DNA of 62,818 bases, filler included, from Asterionella formosa (lineage: Eukaryota): assembly GCA_002256025.1 (NCBI GenBank). It is 16 parts of 16 records of this genome, joined end to end, with 100 filler letters (N's around TTAATTAATTAA, not from the genome) between each part and the next. Parts side by side here need not be neighbours in the genome. Positions count along the whole stretch, not along the records: positions 1 to 21,487 come from NKIB01003016.1; 15 more parts are not named here. One strand, written 5' to 3'. Below, in pieces: positions 1 through 13,032 of the stretch (its first letter is position 1; each line of letters begins with the position of its first letter). The notes beneath the pieces are model-generated. The model saw only the letters and a program-made list of their open reading frames with translations. It ran no database searches and was not told the DNA's origin. Made by a program: the position numbers and the translations under genes.

Positions 1-357
1 AGCACTCTATGCTTTCTTGTATCCTGTAAGGACACGTCAGGGACCAAATAGGCTGTAGATATAACAACGATGTCTCCGTGATCGATTGTAATCGTTCCTA
101 AGAGTTTTAATAGAATTATGGGTTTTTACTGTTGGCGTAGATTGTTTTCGAATTCTCTGGTACCATATTCTTTCTTGATTCATTCGATTCAATATGTAGT
201 AGGTAATTTATACCGGGATTTTCTTTCCTAAAATATTTTCTCCAACAACAGCATTCACATACCTGTACATCACCCCGGACTATTTTTGTGCAAAGCCAGT
301 TCAGCACATTACACAGTGCTCCCGGATCCCACTTCTCCCAAGCCTCATTCGGAACCA

Positions 358-2794
358 ATGAAAGCTGAACACGATGTAGAGAAGAATACTCCCTCCTTCT
401 CAGAAGCCTTCTGTCGGCTGGCGTATCATTTGTTTCCTGATGGATGCCCTGAAGAGTCGCTCGAATCTGCGTGGCCAATGCGAAATGATCGATCGACTAT
501 ATCGCACATTCATGCCCGGCAAAGCTTTGAAAGTCTGAAACATATTGGCATTAGTGGTGGATTTTCTGCTTCCGAAATGGATTGTCTCGCCATGGCAGCC
601 TGCGCGACATTGCCATGGAAAGGAGGTGGCAGTGGCCTTGTTGACGGTTCCTCCAAGTGTTTCCGGGATTTATTGAGGCTTATGATTCCGAAACGAGATC
701 ACCAGGTTTCCCATTTTGTAGTAACCAAGCTTGTAACGGTAAAATGCGATGACCTCGGCAAGGCCATTGTTTCCCGGTTCTTGACACTATGTCTCAGGAG
801 CGGGTCACTCGCTCCCACAGCGCGTCAACGGCTCTCGTCCCTGCACGCTCTTCTTTTTTCTTGGTTGCCCTGCGCAGATACCTTTCGATTGGTCCATGCT
901 CTGACTCGACGGAAACTTGTCCGGGCAGATCTTGCCAAACGACTCCGAATGTTGTACGATGGATACACTCAAGCTTCTGACACACCAAGGGGACCAATTT
1001 GGCTATTGTTGCAGCTGTATGCTCGGTATGATCCAGCGGGGTGTGGCAAATACTTGCCGTCGTCAAAACGAAATTGCGGTGCGTTGTCAAAATATTTCCA
1101 GAGTAAGTTACCTCCACAATTGGTATGTATTACACTGTCACAGTCACTATCAACACAATTCAAGTAATAACCACCCATGTTACAGTCCCTGATCAGGCGT
1201 GGGAGCAAGACTTCATCAGAAGATCTCAGACACCCCATGAAAATACGTCAGAGTCAGTAGACAGATACGAAAATAACGAGAAGGCTGTGGGAAAAAATTC
1301 CATGGAGTGGTTAGAAAACGCATTTGATGGCGTGCATTCATTCTCGCTGGGACTAGCATTGGGGCAACAAGAACGACGAGTATTACGAGCGTCTGATTTA
1401 CTCATGGACGATGCTATCAGAAGCCTTCTCCTTTTGAGCAACAATGAGGACGGCATGGAAGTGGTTCGCCTACGAGTCTGCTTACCCTACATGTTGCACG
1501 AAGAATGGTTTCACAGAGTGAAACCAACAGTCAAAAGAAAGAAATACATCAATGACGACGAGTCGTCCCTTGGCTCTGAAATAAGTTCTAGCGACTCTGA
1601 AGACGAGCGCCTTCAAAGCGAAGAAGAAAACGTAGTTGAATCAAATTCCAAAGAAGCTCTTACTGGTGTTGAAGATCAACGGTTAAGAATTTTACAAGCC
1701 TTAGCGTCCATGGCATCTCATTCGAGTTCACTCCTACACGAAGCTGAAACCTTCCTTATCGCTGAAGTGTTGCCATTTTGGGATGGTTCCGACCAAGTTG
1801 GGCAGATATTATGTCATGGGCTATTACCCTTTCTTGCTCCGAGATCGTTCTCTAATTTACACAATAAAATTCTCTGCCATCTGTCTCCTTTGATACAGTA
1901 TGGATCGCCTCGAGTGCAATATCTTATCATCTCAGGAGCTCTGGCATCCATTGTGAAACGTTGGAGCAATAATGACGTGTCAGGCTTTACTCAAACTAAG
2001 AACAACCCCGAAGATTCAAACTCAGTTAGACTGAAGACTGTTCGGGACCTCGTTGAATGGACGGAATCGCAAATCTTGAAAGCAATGCTGATCAATGATG
2101 GTCATGAGCTAATTCTCGAATGTGCTTTGGATTTCTTTTCTACTGTCGTCGAGTATTCGCCGTGTGTGGTGCTTCCTGGACCATCTCTCGTTTATCAACT
2201 TCTCCTGTCTAAGACATCCGTCTGCATCGACTACTTGTGTTCATTGCTGGTCAAATACAAGGTTAGACTTCAGCAACTCAAACAGGGCAGCGAGGACATT
2301 GACGAAGAGTTACAGGACAGGTAAGCAGTTTGTTCGGTCTGACAGTCGTTTAACCCCTAAAACTGACGAAACTTCTTTTTCCCAGTATTGCGCTTTTTAA
2401 CTGCTACATTTGGGATATTTGCTCTGCTCTGTGGCGAAAATCGCCGCTACCTTCAACAGACGTTTTGGAAATGAGTGCTGCTCGGTCCAAATCCATCCTC
2501 TTTACTGATGTAAAAGCAGAAACGCTTGCATCTCTACACGAACACTATGAATCCGTCTCCGTTGCTCTTTCAATCACTCTTGGCGCTTCGTTTCACAGTT
2601 ACATTCGGGCCTTTTTGGGTCAAAGCGAGAAGATGACGGCGATAGAGGGCAAAACGAAACTAAAATACTTGGATTTCTTGAAAGTTCAAGGATTGAATGG
2701 AATCCATTGCTTTCTCACAACATTCGTTGCTTCATTGGCATCACGTGAAGAACGACGACAAAACAAAAAGACACACGAAGGACTTCAATTCTGA
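358..2794 (+). CDS. CENPI: Centromere protein I (CENP-I/Mis6/Ctf3)-like, 3 exons (introns 1103-1185, 2321-2385)
   Basis: Three ORFs join in frame through GT-AG introns. LVHALTRRKLVR...LLQLY, FLIAEVLPFWDG, FNCYIWDICSALWR and C-terminal GK..LKYLDFLKVQGLNGIHCFL resemble Mis6/CENP-I blocks. Start taken as the first in-frame ATG (358). Confidence 0.78.
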
Positions 2795-2914
2795 ACTGAT
2801 TAAAAGATAAGCCTTGATGAATTCTCCTCACCATTTTCGAAGAGAACAATACAGGAGATAATAAAAGGATATTCTCCGTCGCTTTTGCTATGAAATTAGT
2901 TGAGTGTACCTCGG

Positions 2915-4157
2915 CTATAGTGTCATACGTGTGGAATTCGTCAATAGCTCAATCTTCGCAGCCCGAATGTGATAGTTCCGCCGCTTCACCAAAAATTCCT
3001 TGACAAACTCAGAAATATTGCCTCCATTGTCTCCATCTACAAAATGCTCAGCATATTCTTCCGAGTCGTCCAAGGCCATCTTTTTCGCCTTGGTCAAGTC
3101 CCTGAGAATAACTCTTTGATCAGGTGGAGCAGATCGTGATTTTTGTTCGTCTTCCAAGGGCTTGTACACTTTCAGTTTTTCGATGAGGATTGCTTGTAGC
3201 TTCGTCACTTGCGTGTGCATGTCATTGAGGCCTTCTTCTTCTCCGAGATTGATTTGCGCTGCCTTCACATTGTCATCCAAGTTGGTTCCGCCCATTTGCT
3301 GAATTTCTGAATAGATGTCAAGCTTGTTAATGAAACCCAAAAATTCAATTTCATCATTCAGAAGCAACTGCAGTTCATCTCGACTGAGTGAATCCAATTC
3401 AGGGAAGTTGCCAGGAATACTGGGCATGTCAATTTCCGGCATATTCAAGAGCGACTCATAATTTGGCGGTGCCTCAGAACTAAGCGATGCCCGTATATGC
3501 TGAGGTGGTTTGGAAGGAAATCTCTGCTCGTGTGATTCCTGCTGCTGACCTCCTAGACTTTGTTGAATGCGTTGCAAACTAGCATCAGTAATTTCCAAAA
3601 TTTGAGGTGGGTTGAGTTGCAAATGCTTCACCACCTCATGCACTGCAGCCCCCAACAACATGCGAGCATCTCTCCAGCTGTCATCACTTTGAATGACTGA
3701 GTATCCCACCACACGCATTTTCGCGTCCAACCAACTGTGGGTTGCCCGTACGCCGACGAGAGTCATTGCCGGGGTTCTGCAATGAGCACTGGCGTGGGGC
3801 ATGGATGGCAAGTACACTCTCAAAATCAAGGCTTCGCCCGATGTAGTTTGAAACACTGTATCATAGGTCGAATCATCTATTAAGTAAAGATACAGAATAG
3901 AAAAAGTAAGTATCAGTTCAGTGCACAATAATAAGTCGTGGAGAGCATCATATGTTCCTTATAGTCCGCGTACCGGCCGAAACTCTTCTCGTCGATCTCT
4001 TCAGTGTGTCATCGTTGAGGTAACTTTCAAGGTGCTGCGAACGAGCGTATTCAGGCGGTCGAATCGATCCTTGCACAGTCTGAGCGACCGGAGTCAACCG
4101 ACTAGCAGGATACCCTGTGCCGGGAGGTCTTTGACGAGCGGACGACCAAGAAAACAT
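2915..4157 (-). CDS. VPS37: ESCRT-I subunit VPS37 (UEV-like N-terminus, Mod(r) C-terminus), intron 3877-3973
   Basis: ATG at 4157 and an in-frame GT-AG intron. FPELDSLSRDELQLLL and DDSEEYAEHF...FVKEFLVKRRNYHIRAAKIE match the VPS37 C-terminal domain. Confidence 0.8.
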
Positions 4158-4713
4158 CGTTCAAGTGTATAATATGCACATAGAAGAAGAAAAGAAGAGA
4201 ATCTCGCACGTAATAAAATACAAGTAACGACAAGAGAAATACAGGTAATACCAGGGACTGTGCTACATATATCATATGCAAAGGACAACCTAAGCCAGCA
4301 TATTCTCTGTTCGGGGCGGCGTGGTCGCTGGCAGAAGGCAGCACAGACAGCCACGACACAAAGGCTCGGGCTGGCACACCCATGCATGCAATGGACAGTA
4401 CCAGTACCGCACTTACGTATGATCTTCGGTATCTGGAACCTGGTACCAGGTACCAGGTACCAGGTACCAGGTAGTGCAGTGCGATTGATGTCGCTACATA
4501 GACTCTACCCCTTTTACCCGGAAGTAAGTACCAGGTACCAGGTACCGGTAGTACATACTGGACTACCAGGTACCCTGATCTCGCGATGATCAGATCAAGC
4601 AACAAACACCCAATCGAGCGACTGATGCTGATGATGGCCGATAAATTGCCATGCGTTTCTTTGCACACAATACGGAAAAACGGGGAACGAAAATTACCCA
4701 TACTAGGAATCCG

Positions 4714-7353
4714 ATGACAACGAGCGAGGACGGCTGTGATACTGCTGCTGTGGATCAACTGAACGTGAAACAAGCTAAATATCCAATTCAGAAACCTCTG
4801 ACGTTGCTTCTGCAAGCGACCATTCTAGAAGGCCAACCAGCTGAAACAGAGTCACCAGAAGATGCTTTGGCCCAGCTTATTGGCAATGCCTTTGAAGCCA
4901 TGGACGCCATGTACTTTGCAACGTGAGTTTCTGACTGAGGTTTGCGCATGTTTGGATGAAAAATTGGAATGAATCAATCAGACTCACCACAACACACTTA
5001 CAACTAATAACAGCCCAGCAAACAAACGAAAACATGCTGCCTTTTCACATCGACTTTGTGTCCGAGTAGCTACCGATGATCGGACCTTGAGTATTACGGA
5101 TCTGGGTGCTGGCATGACAAGAGCAGATCTGATCAATGCGCTAGGAGTAGGACGTCTATCCATTAGAGCCTTTCGGACGAGCAAGAGATTATGGAAAGAA
5201 GGAGACGGAGGAGCAAGCAGCACAGAGGACGACGAAATTGACGAGGAAGGAAGCAGCAAATTTGAGGATCCAACGGAGGAGGTGGAAGGCGACGAAGAGG
5301 AAGAAGAAGACAATGACGAGGAGGACGACGAAGAAGCAATAGAAATCAACGAAGAGCCAGTGGATGAAGGGCTTCTGCCTTGCAAGGCTTCTGATGTTGG
5401 GGGCTTCTACTCGTCGCTTTGCGCGCTAGGTAAAGGAATTACAGTTGGAACCAAGGTACGCAGGTTAACTTCGGTAGAAGATTCATTTGCTGTCTCACTA
5501 TTTATTACCAACCCCATTGCACAATATCACAGTCCAAATTCGATGATTATTATGAGTTTGAAGTGGGCCACGCTTGTAACTCTACCTCGGACTTTACAGA
5601 CTTTAGCATTGTGCGACCAATGGATGAAGGAATCAGACCAACTAACCAGAATGGATTTTGTTCCTTTGAAGATGTACGAGGAGATTCAGGTACACGAGTT
5701 ACAATTGTTTTGAAAGACAGCTTGGTGGAAGCTGGTTGGTTGGACCATGAAAAGCTCAAACCTATATTTACAAAAGTGTTTGAAACGAGTCAGTACACGG
5801 TAGCATTTTCGTCTGACGAAGATGCACATGATATAATCGAGGCGTCGAACAAGGAAGACGCAGAGTTAAATGCGTTAGAAACGGAGGAGCCTGAGGCGAT
5901 TACCGAAGAGCCTGTTTTGAATGGAGACGAGAGTGAACACTCGAAAGCTGGATCTCACAACACTGTGAAAGAACGAGCCAAATACATTCCCTTACGACTC
6001 AGCCTTGGTGAGCGAAAGATGCTTCGATTAGTGGAAGCAGCCATGACATGCTGCGATTATACCACCGAGGTCGATCGACCCTTTAAGAGTGAAGCGAGAA
6101 GGACGCACCAGCAACTGAAAGCTGTGACTTCTGTGTTGAGAGGTTTGGTAACGGCTTGTGACTATGCTGCGGGTCAACAGCTCGTGGTAGAGGATAACTT
6201 TGCTTCTTACGAAACGTTTTTTCGACAAATGTTCGAAATAGCAAGACGACACAAGATAATGAACCCAGAAAAGATGCGAACAGAGTACGGCAAACTTAGC
6301 TATCTCCTCCAAGATGCTGTCTCCCCGATATTGCAACCACATTTATCCTTTAGCTGCAAAGGACCGATCGAAACGGTCTATAAGTTTTTAGAGGAAAAGG
6401 GAGGACTGGCTGTTCTGGAAGATAAATTAGTGGAAGTTGCAACTGAAGAGGTTCTTGCAGGCAAGAAGAGCCGAGCGAAGATCGCCTCGGAAATCAGCCG
6501 GAAGGAGAGAGCTGTCGCAGCTATAAAATCCAAGTACCGATCCAAAAAGCTAAGTTCGGAAGACATTCACCTCTGTCTCTATTCCATTTGCGATAACAAT
6601 TCATTTTTGAATAGCAACCGTGTTCCAATTGACAAAATAATCGACTTTTTGAAAAAGTTTTTCGCGCCTGAAAAGATCCAAGAGGGGTTCTCGTTGAGCA
6701 TTGTCAGCGGCGAAGATGGGGCCCGACTATCACATAGTCATGAGCGGCAATATTTTTTTGCTTTGCAAAGTCTCACTCTTTGGAGAGACATTATTGATGA
6801 CATGTTCCGGCTTTGGCATATGGCAGAAGAAGACCTGCTAAGCGAAACGGTGACGTACACATTGCAGGACACTGGTCAAGGTTTTCAGCGTGTTCAGCAG
6901 TGTCCACGAACGTATAAGGCTATGCAGCAAATCCTTTCCCGCGTTCAAAGCAAGGTCAGTCAGTGGGTTGGAAGTAGCGTGATCCACATGGGCGATCACA
7001 ACGTGCCGAATTCCTTGAGCTTCATCGATAAATACACTCAAGTACCTCGCATCCTTGGGCCCATAGTTAGCTGCCTCGAGAATTTGGAGCGTATCTGTGA
7101 AGAGGATAGTGGTATTAAGGACATGGTCGATTCTGGCTACGGGGGAATGGAAAAATTGCGCAAGGAAATCTTGCACGACTTCTTTAAGTCAGCCTTTGAT
7201 GGATCTGGCGCTGACAACTTTTACGATGCGGGATCATGCATTGATGGTCGCCTGACAAGCGCTTGGAACTGGTGCTCCCAGCTATCTTCGAAGCCCTATT
7301 ATCCAATTTTTAAGCTGACCGGTTTCAATGGCTTTGATGGTGACTTCAAGTAA
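4714..7353 (+). CDS. Fusion of a degenerate Hsp90-type GHKL ATPase N-domain, acidic linker and DUF2009/UPF0652 domain; introns 4923-5013 and 5456-5532
   Basis: Both introns restore frame. Hsp90-like motifs: AQLIGNAFEAMD, TLSITDLGAGMTRADLINALG, GGFYS, GTRVTIVLK. DUF2009 motifs: ERAKYIPLRL, RRHKIMNPEKMRTEYGKL, GARLSHSHERQY, FDGSGADNFYDAGSCIDGRLTSAWNWC. Confidence 0.85.
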
Positions 7354-7743
7354 TTCACGTCGATTCTAGCAATACTGCCAGAGCCCACTTCATCCAATCC
7401 CATGGACTCGTCATACCATCTATGCTAGCCAAGTACTCCAGCGCTATATGGTAACATATTTTGTTCATTGGTATTGTCATCACATATCCACCTGCGCACA
7501 TTGGCTACCAATCTTAATTTCACGGCTACCGAGTGCAAATGTCTACTACTTTGATATGCTCTATTACTTAACGTGCAGCGATAAAGTAAGCTCTTTGCGT
7601 GAATTTGATTGCCATCTTCGTTATTGTGTACTTTGTTCAACCAGCTGAAAATAAACATATTTATTGAAGTACCGGTAGTCAGTGTAGGTAATCTTTTATG
7701 ACGGCACAGTATTGCTAGTTTCAAAGCATCGGCTTTGTGGCAT

Positions 7744-8723
7744 TCAATTTCGTGCATTTCCCCATCCCCAAACTACCGTCTCTTCAGAGTAAAGGGAATC
7801 AATGAAGCTCTTTCGCCCAAAAACAGCGACCATATAATTGTTGACATGTGGGAAGTCGGTTTCGATATGAATAGCGTTGTTCTTGAAGGCTTTGAGTCCT
7901 ACCTTCATATGATAGAGCTTCGGAGCCAAGGAACAATCAGCGAGGGAAAATACTTGACCATCTCCAACAAGAAAGGGACCAACCCGGTCCCCAGACAAGT
8001 GCGTTTCCAGTTTTTGTAGAGTCTTTTCTAAGGACAACTTAAGTTCTGCATCTTGGTCGTCACCATCAGGGGTGTGTTTCAAGTATCGAGCGACGGCTGG
8101 GAAAAAGCCTTCTACAGCAGCATTGGCCTCGTTCATAAGTCGTTTTGTGGTCATGGTTAATGTAGGCTCTTCAAAGAAAAATTCAAGATATTGCGCAATA
8201 ACTTCCGACTCAGTATAGCATTCTTTGCGATGACGAAGGGCTGGCATCTTCCCTCCATAATGCTCAATCAACCATGTAGGCTTGGTTTCTTGCGTTGACG
8301 GCCGTAAATCATAATCAAGATTCTTTTCATGAAGTACCATGCGAACATACTGAGCAAAGGGACAATCGCCGACCGAAGTTCCATCTGGTCCTGCTTTAAC
8401 ATAAAGTGTCATACCTCCCTCTATGTGCGATCAATGCAATGGACAGTGTGAGCGAATCGGAAAGTGCAGCTACGTTCACATGCGATAGATTCCGACGTAT
8501 TCATCATTAAGAAAAGAAAATACAACAATGCTTCTCTCGCACCTTGAGGCGTTGCTCCGTCACGTCGAACTTCCAACCCTCGATTTCGAATCGCCATGTT
8601 CAGCGCAGGAAGTGATTGAGCTTCACTGGTGGATCTAGTAGGAAAGAAAATAGGAGATACGAGTGCTTCCACAAGGCTGACTAAGCTCAGAGAGACCAGC
8701 AGAATGCGGCAAGTATTTGTCAT
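7744..8723 (-). CDS. DHAR: Dehydroascorbate reductase (GST/CLIC-like), presequence in exon 1; intron 8421-8542
   Basis: GDCPFAQ active site, KPTWL..GKMPAL and SLADCSLAPKLYH. Exon 1 encodes a signal peptide plus Ser/Thr/Arg-rich transit-like region and splices in frame. Confidence 0.9.
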
Positions 8724-9471
8724 GGTCAAGTGATGGATCAATCTGATGCTTTTGTTGATCAGATCTATTATGTTGTTCAGTTTTGGTGCTATGTAGATTT
8801 ACGGACATCGCACATTACAATATTTCACCTGAGTGAAACAAAGTCGTAAGACAATGTTAGGCGCCAGGAGATGTGATGGTTATTAATAGAAACAAAAATT
8901 GCTACAGATGTACAGGTACTAGAGTAAACACGTGCGTACAAACGTTCGCTCATACTTACTACCGGTATGTGGTATGCAGCAGGTTCTACCACCGTATCGT
9001 AGATTTACCATTTGCTTTTGTACTTAAACGCAAAGTCTACCAAGTCGAATCGTGTCGAACGATTCCGGATTCCTACACGACCCAAAAGAAAAAACAAGGC
9101 CGAGAGAGCTGTCGCTCTGGCCGCCACTCAAAACTTGAAACAAAGCAGCAATTTTGAAATTATATTTTTGGCGGCTGCCCCATGATGTCAACAGTAAGAT
9201 AGTCTGGTACCTGGTACTGGCACAAAAATACCTGGTACCAGGGTACGGGTACCTGGTACCGATACTCCCTCATGGATCATGCATTATTATATAATTACCA
9301 AAATAAACAATATGCCTTGCTTCTGCTAAAGAATAATGATATCACAAGTATTTATATACCGGTATTCGTTGCATATTATGTCAATTTTTACTCAAAGATA
9401 ACAAGGTTCGTTCCTCTTGAGGTCGTGAACTTACAAAATTGATGCTCCTGTTCATAACATTCTGATTGACC

Positions 9472-11317
9472 ATGTCGGAGTTCAAATCATCGGCAGCATT
9501 GCAAACAAAGATTCCCAGCGTGGCTTCTGTCACTCTGGGCCTCACTGGAACATCAGATCCCGGCGAAGCCCGTTTCTGGACTCAGAAGTTCGGTCTCGGC
9601 AATGCCTTTTCTGGCCCGCAACCCAAGCACAGTCACCCTCAATCCCTTCAATTCAAGGCCAATTCTAACTCGATAGTCCACGCTGTTGTATTTGGTCCCC
9701 CGGCCTTTGGATCTACCGCGCCCTTGGCGGTAGTGAGTGGTCCCCGAGTGAGTTTGTATGGAGGCACCTCTGTGTCTCCGTTTGCACGCGCTTTGTCACG
9801 TAGTTCAACACAAGAAGAACTAGCTGCCGATCGACAAGTGGTTACAGGAGGAAATCCAGCTCTATGTGCCGCCTATAGGGCAGATGGAAGGCTCATAGCT
9901 GTGGGAACTGACGTTGGTGAAGTGAGAGTATGTGATGCCACCAGCCGAGCAACCTTGTGTACCTTCAAGCCACAGGGGGGCCACGCAGTTAGAACGGTCT
10001 CGTGGATGCGAAGTGGAAAGCAAGTTCTTAGTGGAGGTGATGACGGTGTATTGAGACTATGGAACCTATCACAAGCCACTACTACGGACTCATCGGCGGA
10101 ATTGACTTTGCGGGGTCACGGAGACGCTATTCGATGTGCGGCGATTTGGCAGCCTCGAAGCACCACTTCGACATGGAAAGAACTAGCCATGACTGGATCC
10201 TACGACAATACTATCCGTGTTTGGAACCTAGAGAATCCTAACGAGGGAGATCAAAACAAAGATCGCTGTTTGGCGGTCCTTTCTCATGGTGCTCCTGTTG
10301 AAGCGCTGTTGTTGATGCAAAACGACGAAAACAAGGATGCACCTTGGCTCTTGTCCGCCGGTGGCACGCAAATCAAGGTTTGGAACCCGATTTCGGGAAT
10401 CTGTGTCTTGACTGTTAATACACAACATAGCAAGGCAATTACAAGTTTGGTGGCAATGACTAGAAAGGAGGGCGAGGCTCAAACGCCTTCTTGGCGCATT
10501 CTTACAACTGGTTTAGATGGTCTTATTCGAATCCACACTTGGTCGAGCACAAAGGGAGAACTCAGGCATATTCATGGTATTAAACTTGCTCACCCTGTGA
10601 CATCTCTGGCCTTTAACGAGATAAGTAGTCGCTTGGCTATTGGAACAACCACCGGACTGGTTTTAGTGCGACAACTGGCTCCTAGCCATGTTCAACAAAA
10701 GCGAAAGAGGGACCCACCAGCTGGGACATTTGCATACTTTACTCGAGGTATGAATGCCGAACCTGCAAAAGATGATCACATAGTCAATGATGGTCGAAAA
10801 AGAAAACTCAAATCATTTGACTTGGCATTGCGACAATTCCGGTATGGTGATGCTCTTGACGAGGTGTTGGAAACCCGTCAACCACAAATGGTTAGTAATT
10901 TACAAAACTCAAAGAAACAGCATGGACTTGTTTACGTCTCACCGCTTATCTATTTTATTTCTCGCTTCCCATTCTTTTGCCCATTACCAGGTTGTTGCGA
11001 TCTTGGAAGAGCTTGGCAAGCGTCGCGGGTTATCTGTAGCCCTTTCCAATCGCGACGAACAAACATTGGAACCTATTCTCTCCTTTACAGTTCGATATAT
11101 TACACGACCTCAATACTCATCTCTCCTTGTGGGGGTCGCAAATATTCTATGCGATATTTATGGTGACTTCGCTGGACAGTCTGAGACAGTCGACGAATTG
11201 TTCACAAAGCTGAAGAGCCACGTCAAAGAAGAATGTCTCGTCCAAAAAATGCTATTGCGTGTTGTTGGACAATTAGACGCCATTATAACGGTTGCAGAGA
11301 TGCAGAACGAATACTAG
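9472..11317 (+). CDS. UTP15: U3 snoRNA-associated protein 15 (WD40 + UTP15 C-terminal domain); intron 10891-10990
   Basis: WD40 repeats (GHGDAIRC, TGSYDNTIRVWN, HGAPVE). C-terminal LKSFDLALRQFRYGDALD...VVAILEELGKRRGLSVALSNRDEQTLEPIL. Confidence 0.92.
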
Positions 11318-11459
11318 AATAGATTTGATTAACCTTCAGCCCGTATAATCATCCGTGAGTCTCTTCCCTTAGTCTCGCTGATTCCAGGCCCGTTATTCCT
11401 CGATGTTCTACCATTATCGTTCGTCACAAAATCCATGAAGGTTCCAAATAATCATGTAT

Positions 11460-12164
11460 TCACCCACAAATTCTCATCCACTCTTCCCGTCCAATACCTG
11501 GCCGATAGGCGTCCCGAAAATCTTGCCAGTCAATGCCATCAATCATCCAAGCTCCGTCTTTACCTTGCTGCAATTGCCAACCCATGATGACGAGCAGATT
11601 GTCTCCGTCCCGAGATCGCAAACGACATTCTACCCAACATGTACCATCTTGAAAGTCCAATGCATCAGATGGGTAGGTCGGTACATATCTATCTTCACTG
11701 CCCATCAGAATGCCAAACTGGTTTCCAGGTCGACTCAAAGCAGCTCCCAGCGCCGAAGCAACAACATCTTCTTCCACGTGAGATGAAGCTCCAATAGATT
11801 GCCTCAATTTCCCTCGCCATGATTGCGTGGATGATCTCAATAGCAATCTGAGACCAGAGTCTGGCAGGGGATCATCGGGGTCTTGGAGAGACTCCAAGAC
11901 AGCATTAACAAATTGAATAGGACCAAGTTGAGGATTTGGTGGCCTGCTCAGTTCCTTCTCCAAGATTATTCGTCTCATTTCATTCAAACGGTAAATGAGG
12001 ACATCTTCGTCGTAGCGAGGAGAGTACTGCAAAGCGTGCTCTTTCGGCAGTCTTCTCGCAGGCTGAGCAGATTTTGCATGAAGATATGCTCCGCATGATG
12101 AGCTTAACCATCCAAAACCCAGCAACCATATAATCATTGCATTGCCGCAGAGTGGATTCATCAT
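11460..12164 (-). CDS. Uncharacterized protein with signal peptide, probably plastid-targeted (DUF4864/NTF2-like fold suspected)
   Basis: Long ORF with hydrophobic N-terminus ending SCGA-Y, a PNPQLGP..V..L..PDDPLPDSG motif and a GAWMIDGI strand near the C-terminus. The family guess is weak. Confidence 0.6.
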   Translation of the reverse strand: MMNPLCGNAMIIWLLGFGWLSSSCGAYLHAKSAQPARRLPKEHALQYSPRYDEDVLIYRLNEMRRIILEKELSRPPNPQLGPIQFVNAVLESLQDPDDPLPDSGLRLLLRSSTQSWRGKLRQSIGASSHVEEDVVASALGAALSRPGNQFGILMGSEDRYVPTYPSDALDFQDGTCWVECRLRSRDGDNLLVIMGWQLQQGKDGAWMIDGIDWQDFRDAYRPGIGREEWMRICG

Positions 12165-12955
12165 CGATAGATTAGTTTTCAAAGAAGAATAAATGATTAA
12201 AACCAAATGGTCATTTTTTGGGCATCAGAACAATGTAAGAGAGATGTCACATAGCATCGTATAAACCAGTATGCTATTATCTATTATTATATCTATCGTT
12301 TGTCAAATATTGATGCGTACCATGAATGCTGAATTATTGTGAATCGGAAGAATATTACCGGTCGTTGGGCTTGCTCGCGAACTGATTTTACCCAATCAAA
12401 ATGCGACTGAAGCATCGACGCGGTCGTGACTCACAGGCAACGAGAATAATCGACGAAACATCGTATGTACCAGCTACCATTTGTCGTTGACAGTGTAAGA
12501 CACCGGTATAGCTACATGCTAACTGTTACCGGGTATACATACTGATACATGGTTAAAATAGCTACCGGTATGTAGGATTGGAATAATAATAAGGACTTCC
12601 CGTATGTAACATGTTCATATAGCCGTATTAATACACGTCTATACTGAGATATAATGGTAGTACAACGCCATGGCGGCAAAGCGCTACAATTTTCTTACAC
12701 ATTCATACATATGGAAGTTGACCTCAGAGGGTGATGTGCATAAGTAATGATGATTGATGGCATCAGCAAACCATCCAACCTTTTGTGCTTCAAATGTTTG
12801 TTGATAAAATGGGCAATTCAAAGTCATTGTACAAAGAATCCTAATCAGCCTTGTGTTTTCTTAGCTAAATTTATATTGTTTCATGATGCTGATCGACCTG
12901 ATGCGAAATTTGGGGTTGATCGCTGTCATTTCAATTTCAACTCCTTCATCTCTCA

Positions 12956-13032
12956 GCAAATCTTGGCAGCATTCCAGAGTTAAGCTTTATTCATTTGAGA
13001 AAGCTTAAGTCTGGAATGCTGCCAAGATTTGC
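12956..13032. repeat. Inverted repeat/hairpin, 33-bp arms with 11-nt loop
   Basis: GCAAATCTTGGCAGCATTCCAGAGTTAAGCTTT (12956-12988) pairs with 13000-13032 with one mismatch. Imperfect pairing continues outward to about 12919-13075. Confidence 0.9.

Noticed and set aside
4094..4815. ORFs rich in VPGTWY/YQVPG peptides (also 29775-30491 and 56442-56696)
   Set aside because: These are translations of the TACCWGG repeat clusters in promoter regions, not proteins.
5087..5713. A stand-alone Hsp90 pseudogene
   Set aside because: Canonical introns join it in frame to the upstream exon and to the downstream DUF2009 ORF, with no disabling stops.
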